A stretch of 64,000 nt of DNA, taken from contig JAPLDF010000006.1 in assembly GCA_026391835.1 (NCBI GenBank), positions 4,773-68,772 of the forward strand, in the 5' to 3' direction. The notes below the pieces were generated by a model. The model ran no database searches. It saw only the letters and a program-made list of their open reading frames with translations, and had not been told where the DNA came from. The first letter of the stretch is position 1, and every line of letters starts with the position of its first letter. The stretch is from Bacteroidota bacterium (lineage in GTDB: Bacteria; Bacteroidota; Bacteroidia; Bacteroidales; FEN-979). Made by a program: the position numbers and the translations under genes. Shown piece by piece: positions 1-8,415 of the stretch.

Positions 1-1164
1 TTCCTCCCCGAACAGGCCAATGTGTTTCCCGACAAATATGATTTCGGCAGATTTTTCTTTAACCAGGCGAGGCTTTCAGCCCAGGGGATCCCCCAGATTT
101 CCGTGGTGATGGGCTCGTGCACGGCAGGCGGCGCCTATGTTCCGGCCATGAGCGATGAAACCATCATTGTCCGCAACCAGGGAACCATCTTCATCGGTGG
201 CCCGCCCTTGGTAAAAGCCGCCACCGGCGAAGAGGTTTCGGCGGAGGAGCTTGGCGGGGCAGAAGTACATACCATGATCTCTGGGGTGGCCGATCACCTG
301 GCCGAAAACGATATTCATGCCATCCAGATCTGCAGGAACATCTTTGAATCCATCCATCGCCATGAATACCAGGCGCTTGACACCCATCCGATTGAAGAAC
401 CCGCCTATGATCTTGAAGAGCTCTACGGGATTCTCCCGATCGACCTGAAAAAGTCGGTCGACTCCAAAGAGATCATCGCGCGGATCGTCGACGGCAGTTT
501 GTTCCATGAATTCAAGGAGCGCTATGCCCCCACCCTCACCACAGGGTTTGCCCGGATCATGGGTTACCCGGTTGGCATACTTGCGAACAATGGCGTGCTG
601 TTTGGCGAAACAGCCCTGAAAGGGGCCCACTTTGTTGAACTCTGCACCTCGAGGAACATCCCGATCCTCTTTTTACAAAACATCACCGGATTCATCGTCG
701 GGAAACAGTATGAACGTGCCGGCATTGCCCGCGACGGCGCGAAATTCGTGCATGCCGTTGCAAATGCCAACGTGCCAAAATTCACTGTCGTATTTGGCGG
801 TTCCTTCGGGGCCGGCAACTACGCCATGGCAGGCCGCGCCTACGAGCCACGCTTTCTTTTCATGTATCCCAACTCCAAGATCTCGGTGATGGGGGGTGAA
901 CAGGCCGCCAATGTGCTGATTACCGTGAAGGAAGATCAACTCAAAGCCGCCGGAAAGACTTTATCCACCGATGAACGGGAGAAGATGCTGCAGACCATCT
1001 TGAAAAAATACGAAGAAGAAGGTTCGGCATATTTCAGTACCGCGCGCCTGTGGGATGACGGCATCATCGACCCGGTGGATACCCGAAAAATACTGGGACT
1101 GGCCATTGCCATCTCTCAGAACAAAAAATATGAAAAAACACAATTTGGAATTTTTCGAATGTAG
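1..1164 (+). CDS. Acyl-CoA carboxylase carboxyltransferase (beta) subunit, most likely 3-methylcrotonyl-CoA carboxylase beta. The 5' end is cut by the window edge.
   Basis: Frame 1 is open from base 1 ([12 protein letters not shown]...) to TAG at 1162-1164. Motifs [23 protein letters not shown] and [22 protein letters not shown] are typical of carboxyltransferase beta chains. The neighbours are leucine-catabolic genes. Confidence 0.85.
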   Translation, partial: FLPEQANVFPDKYDFGRFFFNQARLSAQGIPQISVVMGSCTAGGAYVPAMSDETIIVRNQGTIFIGGPPLVKAATGEEVSAEELGGAEVHTMISGVADHLAENDIHAIQICRNIFESIHRHEYQALDTHPIEEPAYDLEELYGILPIDLKKSVDSKEIIARIVDGSLFHEFKERYAPTLTTGFARIMGYPVGILANNGVLFGETALKGAHFVELCTSRNIPILFLQNITGFIVGKQYERAGIARDGAKFVHAVANANVPKFTVVFGGSFGAGNYAMAGRAYEPRFLFMYPNSKISVMGGEQAANVLITVKEDQLKAAGKTLSTDEREKMLQTILKKYEEEGSAYFSTARLWDDGIIDPVDTRKILGLAIAISQNKKYEKTQFGIFRM

Positions 1165-1167
1165 AAA

Positions 1168-1254
1168 AAATGACAAAATACAAATGACAAATGACAAATG
1201 CATGAGCATAGTTAACACTTGTCATTTGTCACTTGTCATTTGTCATTTGTCATT
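1168..1254. repeat. Inverted pair of heptamer tandem arrays: (AAATGAC) x about 4.5 at 1168-1200, an 18-nt spacer, then (TTGTCAY) x 5 at 1219-1254
   Basis: Read directly: aaatgacaaaatacaaatgacaaatgacaaatg ... ttgtcatttgtcacttgtcatttgtcatttgtcat. The two arms are reverse complements of each other. Confidence 0.9.
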
Positions 1255-1266
1255 AAATTAGCACAT

Positions 1267-2049
1267 ATGAACAATTATAAAACCCTTGAAACCACAGTAG
1301 ACAATCGCGTCCTCACTATCTGGCTGAACCGTCCCGACCTGCACAACGCATTTGACAGAACAATGTTGGATGAGCTGACCAGTTGCTTTGAAACACTCGA
1401 TCCTCAAATGGTTTGCGTAGTCCTGCGTGGCAGGGGAAAATCATTTTGTGCCGGTGTCGACCTGAACTGGATGAAGGCGGTTTCGCAAAACAGTTATGAG
1501 CAGAATTATACCGAAAGCCTCCTGCTATCCAAGTGCTTCCTTACAATTTACAATTGCCCCAAACCTACGCTGGCGGTTGTTCACGGCGTGGCGCTCGGCG
1601 GGGCCAACGGCCTGCTTTCGGCATGCGACCTTGCATATTGCACCGACGATGCCACCTTTTCATTGAGTGAGGTGAAAATAGGGATCGTGCCGGCCTGCAT
1701 CTCACCCTATGTCATCAAGCGTGTTGGTGAATATGGCGCCAAAGAGTTGATGCTTACCGGCCGGAGGATCAAAGGCAGGGAAGCTGAACACTTCAGGCTC
1801 GTAAACAAATCGGTTCCTGCAGATGTCCTGGAAGAAACCCTTGCGGAGGTGATCGCCCTGCTCCGTACGAGCGGACCGAAAGCCATGGGGCAATGTAAAA
1901 CACTGATTCACGAAGTGGCCAACCATCTCTCACTTTCCGAAGCCTATGACTATACAGCCCGCATGATCGCCGAGATCAGGGCATCTGAAGAAGGCCAGGA
2001 GGGAATGAATGCATTTCTTGAAAAACGCAAACCGAACTGGGTGAAATAA
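1267..2049 (+). CDS. Enoyl-CoA hydratase/isomerase family protein, by context methylglutaconyl-CoA hydratase
   Basis: MNNYKTLETTVDNRVLTIWLNRPDLHNAF..., GRGKSFCAGVDLNWM and ALGGANGLLSACD fit the crotonase fold. ATG 1267 is preferred over the track start at 1219, which lies inside the heptamer array. Confidence 0.85.
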   Translation: MNNYKTLETTVDNRVLTIWLNRPDLHNAFDRTMLDELTSCFETLDPQMVCVVLRGRGKSFCAGVDLNWMKAVSQNSYEQNYTESLLLSKCFLTIYNCPKPTLAVVHGVALGGANGLLSACDLAYCTDDATFSLSEVKIGIVPACISPYVIKRVGEYGAKELMLTGRRIKGREAEHFRLVNKSVPADVLEETLAEVIALLRTSGPKAMGQCKTLIHEVANHLSLSEAYDYTARMIAEIRASEEGQEGMNAFLEKRKPNWVK

Positions 2050-2050
2050 C

Positions 2051-4063
2051 ATGAAGGCGATCCACAAAATACTCATCGCAAACCGCGGCGAAATTGCCGT
2101 CAGGGTATTGCGCACCGCAAGGAAACTTGGCATAAAGACCGTTTCCGTCTATTCGCAGGTTGATGCTGATTCGCTGCATGTAACCTTGGCCGATGAAGCC
2201 TGGTGCATCGGTGAGGTAGAACTCGGCGATACCTACCTGAACATTGCGAAGATCGTGGCTGTTGCAAAAGAGACCGGGTGCGATGCCATTCACCCGGGTT
2301 ACGGTTTCCTGGCAGAAAATCCGTTGTTCGTTGATGCCTGCGACGAAGCCGGGATTATCTTCATCGGGCCGCGTTCCGAAGTCATGCGGATTATGGGTAA
2401 CAAGATCGAAGCACGTGCTTTTGTGAAAAAGATCAACATCCCGATGACCGAAGGGGTGACCGGGACGCATGAGGAACTGGAAAAAACCGCCCACCGGATC
2501 GGGTTCCCTGTCCTGCTTAAAGCTGCTGCCGGCGGCGGTGGCAAAGGAATGCGCATCGTTTATGAAGAAAAAGAGCTTGCCGAAGCCATTGAGTCGACCA
2601 GCCGCCAGGCAAAAGCATATTTCGGTGACGCAACGGTGTATATCGAAAAATTTATTGAAGAACCACGCCACATCGAAGTCCAGATCCTCGGGGACAATTT
2701 CGGCAATGTGATCCATCTTTTCGAGCGCGAATGTTCCATCCAGCGGCGCTATCAAAAAATCATTGAAGAGTCTCCCTCCCCTACCATCACACCTGAGGTG
2801 CGCGAAAAAATGGGGGCGGCAGCCGTTGCCATCGGGCAGGCGATCGGTTACAACAATGCAGGAACCATAGAATTCCTGGTCGACAGGGAGATGAACTTTT
2901 ATTTTCTTGAGATGAATACCCGCATCCAGGTTGAACATCCCGTTACCGAAATGGTAACGGGCATCGACCTGGTTGAAGAGCAGATCTTCGTGGCAGCCGG
3001 GAACACCCTCAGGCTTAAGCCTGAGGACATCCGCCAGAATGGCCATGCCATCGAATGCCGCATCTATGCTGAAGATCCTGCCAACAATTTTCAGCCATCC
3101 CCGGGGAAGATGACGTTTTACAAAGAGCCGGAAGTTCCCGGAATCCGCATCGATACAGGTATTACAGCAGGAACGGAAATAAAAAGCTCGTTTGATCCGA
3201 TGATCTGCAAACTGGTGGTATGGGGAAAAGACCGCCACGAAGCCACCCTTTCCATGTTGCTGGCACTCGACGACTACATCATCCATGGCATCAGCACAAA
3301 CCTTACATACCTTGTTAAATTGCTTCAGAGCGAAGCGTTTATTTCCAACAGCATTTCGACGAAATTCTGTGATGAACACACCGCCGCGCTTACCGGGGCG
3401 ATTTTAGCCGAAAAAAATGAAATCCCGCCCCATGTTCCCATGATCGGGTACCTGATGTATACGCTGAAACGCAACCTGAAAACTGAACCGGTGTGCTGCC
3501 AAAAACCCAGTCTCTGGGAGACCATTGGTTACTGGCGCAACCAGATGACCATCAGGCTGCAATTTGAAGAATCGGAAATCACCGTGAAGGTGCCGGGATA
3601 TTCCGAGAGCCATTACGTTTTTGAGATCAGCGGGATTGAATACCATTCATCACCACTGGCCTTTTCGCCCAGCCACATCGAGTTTACCATAGATCATTGC
3701 AACTATGTTGCGTGGATATCAGAAGATGAAGAAAACCAGGCATATGTAAGTACCGGCGGGCATATATTCAGGCTGAAGCGCCATGACATTCTTGCCGAAT
3801 CGGTCTTTGCTTCCGGATTTGACACCCATGGCCACGACAGCAACCATGTTACCTCCCCCATGCCCGGCAAGGTGATCCGGATCCACGTGAAGGCAGGCGA
3901 CCAGGTGAAAAAAGGAGAAACCCTGCTGATCATTGAAGCCATGAAGATGGAAAACCTGATCCTTTCCCCCCGCGATGCTGTGGTTAAATCAATTAATGTA
4001 GCAGTAAATGAAAGGGTGGAGAGCAGTACGGCGCTGGTGGAATTTGAGGATTTGAAAATTTGA
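2051..4063 (+). CDS. Biotin carboxylase plus biotin-carboxyl-carrier (alpha) subunit of an acyl-CoA carboxylase, by context methylcrotonyl-CoA carboxylase alpha
   Basis: The N-terminus KILIANRGEIAVRVLRTARKLGI and the ATP-grasp core match biotin carboxylases. The C-terminus carries the biotinylation motif IIEAMKMEN. The gene starts 1 nt after the hydratase stop. Confidence 0.92.
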   Translation: MKAIHKILIANRGEIAVRVLRTARKLGIKTVSVYSQVDADSLHVTLADEAWCIGEVELGDTYLNIAKIVAVAKETGCDAIHPGYGFLAENPLFVDACDEAGIIFIGPRSEVMRIMGNKIEARAFVKKINIPMTEGVTGTHEELEKTAHRIGFPVLLKAAAGGGGKGMRIVYEEKELAEAIESTSRQAKAYFGDATVYIEKFIEEPRHIEVQILGDNFGNVIHLFERECSIQRRYQKIIEESPSPTITPEVREKMGAAAVAIGQAIGYNNAGTIEFLVDREMNFYFLEMNTRIQVEHPVTEMVTGIDLVEEQIFVAAGNTLRLKPEDIRQNGHAIECRIYAEDPANNFQPSPGKMTFYKEPEVPGIRIDTGITAGTEIKSSFDPMICKLVVWGKDRHEATLSMLLALDDYIIHGISTNLTYLVKLLQSEAFISNSISTKFCDEHTAALTGAILAEKNEIPPHVPMIGYLMYTLKRNLKTEPVCCQKPSLWETIGYWRNQMTIRLQFEESEITVKVPGYSESHYVFEISGIEYHSSPLAFSPSHIEFTIDHCNYVAWISEDEENQAYVSTGGHIFRLKRHDILAESVFASGFDTHGHDSNHVTSPMPGKVIRIHVKAGDQVKKGETLLIIEAMKMENLILSPRDAVVKSINVAVNERVESSTALVEFEDLKI

Positions 4064-4081
4064 AAATTTGAAAATTTGAAA
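4042..4081. repeat. Octamer tandem array (ATTTGAAA) x about 5 covering the 3' end and stop codon of the carboxylase alpha gene
   Basis: atttgagg atttgaaa atttgaaa atttgaaa atttgaaa. The stop TGA at 4061-4063 lies inside the array. Confidence 0.9.
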
Positions 4082-4147
4082 ATGAGGGGCAATGTGGACG
4101 GGAATTTCAAAACAGTGTGTTTTTTAAATGTTGTATTAAAATTTTAA

Positions 4148-5161
4148 ATGATGAATTATCCTAAGAAAGTTACAATTGGCGACATAACCGTCAGGGACGG
4201 GTTCCAGCACGAAGAGATGTTTATCCCCACCGATGCCAAGGTTTGGCTGGCGGAACAATTGATTCTCTCCGGATTCCGTCACATCGAAGTGACCAACCTG
4301 GGCAATCCCTCCGGGATGCCGCAATTCAGGGATGCGGATGAAGTGCTGAAACGCATACGTGCCAGTAAAACAGTGGCACCCCTCCTTGACAAGGTCTCTA
4401 TAACAGCCATAACCATCCGTGAGAAAGCAATCGAGCGTGCCATCCAGGCCAGGAAAGAGGGCTGGGGCCCCGACCGCATCCTGTTGATGGTATCGACCAG
4501 CGAATCGCATCACCGTAAAAATTCCGGGCTCAGCCTCGAGGATTACTGGAAGATGGCTGAAAAATATGTCCCCATGGCCCGTGAAGCCGGGTTGAAAGTA
4601 AACGGTACTGTGAGCACCATCTGGGGTTGCCCGATCGAGGGGCCGACGAAAATGGAGAAAGCGATCGAATTCACCAAACGCTGGCTCGACATCGGGGTAA
4701 ATGACGTGGAACATGCTGATCACGACGGTTCGGCTTCTCCTGATCGCGTTTACCGGTACTATTCGATGCTGCTTGACTCCGGTGTAAGGGTTGAAAAGCA
4801 AATCGTCCATTTCCACACCACGCGCGGATGGGGACTTGCCAATGTGCTGGCCGCGCTGCAGGCCGGCATGGTCAACTATGAATCGACCATGGGAGGTATC
4901 GGCGGTCAGCCGGCGAATTTCGTAAGCGGCGTGCCGGTTGCCGGCACCGGGAGCTATTATTACAAGGATCCGAACCTCGTTGGGCTGGTCTCCACCGAAG
5001 ATATGGCGGTAATGATGGACGAAATGGGGATCGACACCCAGCTTGACATCGACAAAATACTCGAGGTAGGCTCAATGGTTGAAAGGATTGTCGGAAGGCG
5101 CCTCCGCTCAGAATCGATCAGGAACGGCAGGATCCCGAAATCGCTGACCGGCAAAGCATGA
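4148..5161 (+). CDS. HMGL-like (hydroxymethylglutaryl-CoA lyase family) TIM-barrel protein, long paralogue
   Basis: VTIGDITVRDGFQHEE, and HFHTTRGWGLANVLAALQAGM...GGIGGQP followed by an insertion relative to classical lyases. Confidence 0.75.
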   Translation: MMNYPKKVTIGDITVRDGFQHEEMFIPTDAKVWLAEQLILSGFRHIEVTNLGNPSGMPQFRDADEVLKRIRASKTVAPLLDKVSITAITIREKAIERAIQARKEGWGPDRILLMVSTSESHHRKNSGLSLEDYWKMAEKYVPMAREAGLKVNGTVSTIWGCPIEGPTKMEKAIEFTKRWLDIGVNDVEHADHDGSASPDRVYRYYSMLLDSGVRVEKQIVHFHTTRGWGLANVLAALQAGMVNYESTMGGIGGQPANFVSGVPVAGTGSYYYKDPNLVGLVSTEDMAVMMDEMGIDTQLDIDKILEVGSMVERIVGRRLRSESIRNGRIPKSLTGKA

Positions 5162-6009
5162 TGAAGATCATCGAATCACCGCGCGAAGCCATGCAGGGGT
5201 TTCACCGTATCATTCCCACCGGTGAGAAGGTCCGCTATATTGACCATCTTCTCCGCACAGGATTTGATACTGTTGAGATCGGGAGTATTGTCTCACCCGT
5301 GGCTGTTCCCAACATGGCTGATTCACTGGAAGTGCTTGGTCAACTTGATCTTTCAGGCATCACGACAAACCGCATGTTCCTCGCGGCCAACACCCGGGGA
5401 GCCGAAATCCTTGCAGGGATTGATGGCATCACACACATCTCGTACCCGTTTTCATTTTCCCCGGCATTCCAGAAAATGAATGTCAATGCAACAGTTGAGC
5501 AATCGCTTGATACGGTCAAACTTATTTCCAGCCTGTGTGAGAAAAGCGGTAAACAAGCCGTGATCTATATATCGATGGCCTTTGGAAATCCTTATGGCGA
5601 TCCTTGGAACATTGATATGCTTGCAGAATGGATCGGCAAACTCCACCAGTCCGGAATCCGGATCATCCCGCTTTCGAATGTTTCGGTGGAGACCGGTGCT
5701 GCGATGATCAGGGAGGTCTTTTCCACCCTGGTGCCGATGTTTCCGGATGTGGAATTCGGGTTACACCTCCATACCGGCAACCAGGGATGGTACGAAAAGG
5801 TGCATGCAGCCTACACTTCAGGATGCCGTCGTTTTGATGGTGTCATCAATGGACTTGGCGGCTGTCCGATGGCCGGCAAAGAGATGCTTGGAAACCTTAA
5901 AACCCAGAACCTGCTGGAATTTGCATCGAAGGAGAAACTCGCCCTCATGCTGGACCGGGAGACTTTTAATGAGGATTGCAGGGCGGCACGGGAGCTGTTT
6001 GCTGCATAA
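5158..6009 (+). CDS. Hydroxymethylglutaryl-CoA lyase-like protein, short paralogue
   Basis: IIESPREAMQG, HLHTGN and NGLGGCPMAGKEMLGNLKTQNL. Its start overlaps the upstream stop (ATGA). Confidence 0.8.
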   Translation: MMKIIESPREAMQGFHRIIPTGEKVRYIDHLLRTGFDTVEIGSIVSPVAVPNMADSLEVLGQLDLSGITTNRMFLAANTRGAEILAGIDGITHISYPFSFSPAFQKMNVNATVEQSLDTVKLISSLCEKSGKQAVIYISMAFGNPYGDPWNIDMLAEWIGKLHQSGIRIIPLSNVSVETGAAMIREVFSTLVPMFPDVEFGLHLHTGNQGWYEKVHAAYTSGCRRFDGVINGLGGCPMAGKEMLGNLKTQNLLEFASKEKLALMLDRETFNEDCRAARELFAA

Positions 6010-6079
6010 TGAACATTGAAAATAAAATCGAATACTGAACTGAAAACGGAGTTAATTAACAACCCTAAAAAGCAATACG

Positions 6080-7225
6080 ATGTACTTGACTGAAGAGCAC
6101 AACATGATTCGCAAAACGGTACGTGATTTCGCCGAGCGTGAAATAAAACCGGTCGCACAGGAACTTGATGAAAAAGCTGAATTTTCGGTGGCACTCACCA
6201 AAAGAATGGGAGACCTGGGTTTTTTCGGACTCCGGACTCCGCAGGAATTCGGCGGGATTGACATGGACACACTTGCCTATGTGATTGCTGTGGAGGAGCT
6301 TGCACGCGTCGACAGTTCACAGGCAGCGACACTGGCCGCACATATTTCACTGGGGATTGGCCCCATCATGAATTACGGAACCGACGAGCAGAAAAAGAAA
6401 TACCTTCCCATGCTTTCAACCGGCGATTCGCTCTGGGCTTTTGGCCTCACCGAGCCTGATGCAGGGAGCGATTCGCGGGCAACAAAGACGACTGCCCGCC
6501 TCGAAGATGATCACTGGATCATCAACGGGTCGAAGATTTTCATCACCAATGGTGCCTCTTCCATTAACAAAGGTGCCACCGTGCAGGTGGTTTCGGGTGA
6601 GGTAAACGGCCAGAAGGAGTTTTCGACCATCCTGGTGGACGCAGATACCCCTGGATTTAAGAGGGTTCCCATGCATGGCAAGATGATGTGGCGGGCTTCG
6701 GATACCGCACAACTGTTTTTTGATGAGTGCAGGGTTCCGGCTTCCAACATCCTGGGCAAGCGCGGCGAAGGTTCTAAGATCATGCTCGGTACCCTCGACA
6801 GCGGCCGGCTGGCGATCGGTGCAATAGGACTGGGCCTTGCCCAGGGGGCCTTTGAGATCGCCCTGACCTATGCAAAAAGCCGGAAACAATTCGGCAAGCC
6901 CATTGCACAATTCCAGGTAAATGCTTTCAAACTGGCCGACATGGCCACCAAGATCGAACTGGCCCGGAACCTCCTCTACAAAGGTGCCTGGCTCAAATCG
7001 AGCGACCTCCCCTATGCAAAGGAGGCTGCCATGGCCAAGCTCTATTGTTCCGAAATTGCCCGTGAAGTTGCCGATGAGGCTGTTCAACTCCATGGCGGTT
7101 ATGGCCTCATGAAAGATTATGATATCGAACGTTTTTATCGCGACCAGCGCCTTCTTCAGATCGGCGAAGGCACTTCCGAAATCCAGCGGATGGTGATTTC
7201 GAGGTATATCGGGTGTTTTGATTGA
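6080..7225 (+). CDS. Acyl-CoA dehydrogenase, by context isovaleryl-CoA dehydrogenase
   Basis: 381 aa, with LTEEHNMIRKTVRDFAEREIKP, GLTEPDAGSD and QLHGGYGLMKDYDIERFYRDQRLLQIGEGTSEIQ. Confidence 0.88.
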   Translation: MYLTEEHNMIRKTVRDFAEREIKPVAQELDEKAEFSVALTKRMGDLGFFGLRTPQEFGGIDMDTLAYVIAVEELARVDSSQAATLAAHISLGIGPIMNYGTDEQKKKYLPMLSTGDSLWAFGLTEPDAGSDSRATKTTARLEDDHWIINGSKIFITNGASSINKGATVQVVSGEVNGQKEFSTILVDADTPGFKRVPMHGKMMWRASDTAQLFFDECRVPASNILGKRGEGSKIMLGTLDSGRLAIGAIGLGLAQGAFEIALTYAKSRKQFGKPIAQFQVNAFKLADMATKIELARNLLYKGAWLKSSDLPYAKEAAMAKLYCSEIAREVADEAVQLHGGYGLMKDYDIERFYRDQRLLQIGEGTSEIQRMVISRYIGCFD

Positions 7226-7257
7226 AAAAAAACCGCCGGGCTTCCCCGGCGGTTTTA
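7226..7257 (+). terminator. Rho-independent, potentially bidirectional terminator between convergent genes
   Basis: An A-run, then stem ccgccggg (7233-7240), loop cttc, stem cccggcgg (7245-7252), then tttt. Confidence 0.8.
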
Positions 7258-7296
7258 TCGATTTCCCTGACCTGACAGGAATTCCCTGGCCCAGGC

Positions 7297-8232
7297 TTAC
7301 AGCAAGAGGTAGACCGTTCCCGAATGATTGTTTTTCTGCCAGTCAACCTTATATTTGACCGGGCATTCATCACCGGTGATGAGTTGATTGTTGCCATCGT
7401 ACCCGAAAGTAAGCGTGGCACTTTTTGAATCAGCAGGGATCGAATGTTTCTTGACCCCGGCGCATGGATCCCAGTCACAAACCTGGCGGTGAACAACCGG
7501 CTGGATGATCTGGGTGTAGAAATTCTCTCCCTTGCGGTTGATCCCCCAAACCACCAGGCTGCCCAATCCTTCTGAAATCCCAAATCCATCGGTCGTCAGC
7601 ACAAGAGAATCGGGAGGATGCCCGGAATAGGTTTTCTGACGGGCTATGTTCCAGATCCTGGTTGTAGTGTCGCTGAAGGTAACATTGACATGCCCCCATG
7701 TCCTGTGTACAACCTGGGTGATACCCCCGGTTCCAAGCTGCGGGATCAACCCACCACTTACATTTTTATGAACTTTGACCCCGTTCAAAGTTATTGTCTT
7801 CTGGTTGGAAACCTTGGTGATGGTGAAATTGATATGCCTGATGATCACAGTAGCGCCCTGCTGAATCCATTGGGTGCCCACCTGCATTTGTACCTCTACC
7901 TTTCCGGTGCGGAAACGGGTTTGGCTGCAGTTAAGTCCATTGTAGGTGATGTAATAGGTGATGGAGTCATTGATAGTGGCTGTTGAATCAACAGTTGCAT
8001 TGCATGGAATAAAACTGGTTGATTTCAGTCCCTCCCCGGAAAGGAAGTTGTTGACGTCGTTCATCGATTCATCCAGGGCAGACTCCATGGATATCTCGTC
8101 GCCTGAAAGTTGCTGCAGCGAAGAGGAGTCGGCGGACAGATCGGGATTTTTGTCTTTTTTGCATCCGGCCAGTGAAAGACCGGCAATGGCAAGGGCGAGG
8201 AATGCAAGACGGAACAGGTTCTTTGATTTCAT
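7297..8232 (-). CDS. Hypothetical lipoprotein
   Basis: An internal ATG at 8232 gives MKSKNLFRLAFLALAIAGLSLAGCKKDK, a lipobox with Cys. I recognise no family for the remainder. Confidence 0.6.
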   Translation of the reverse strand: MKSKNLFRLAFLALAIAGLSLAGCKKDKNPDLSADSSSLQQLSGDEISMESALDESMNDVNNFLSGEGLKSTSFIPCNATVDSTATINDSITYYITYNGLNCSQTRFRTGKVEVQMQVGTQWIQQGATVIIRHINFTITKVSNQKTITLNGVKVHKNVSGGLIPQLGTGGITQVVHRTWGHVNVTFSDTTTRIWNIARQKTYSGHPPDSLVLTTDGFGISEGLGSLVVWGINRKGENFYTQIIQPVVHRQVCDWDPCAGVKKHSIPADSKSATLTFGYDGNNQLITGDECPVKYKVDWQKNNHSGTVYLLL

Positions 8233-8415
8233 TGTTTCAGGATTTAATGATTGTTCAATTGGGTTTTCTGATGATAATACACCCGGATTAAAGGTTACCC
8301 TGATACACGATAAAAATAAATTGATTCGCGACAATCTTTCGTCGTCCAGGAATTCCATGGTGATTTTTTTGTAAATTTATACATTAATCCGTCCTGCAAT
8401 GCACCATCCTTAACC

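Noticed and set aside
1219-1266. The track start codon for the hydratase ORF at 1219
   Set aside because: The first 16 codons (MSFVTCHLSFVIKLAH) are simply the translation of the TTGTCAY array. ATG 1267 gives a normal crotonase N-terminus.
1976-3379. A 467-aa ORF on the minus strand opposite the biotin carboxylase gene
   Set aside because: It lies entirely antisense to a strongly conserved CDS and its sequence has no recognisable motifs. It is a typical shadow ORF. The same judgement applies to 4136-4816, 6416-7093, 48695-49378, 51389-52039, 54892-55908, 60882-61568, 61735-62325 and 63234-63710.
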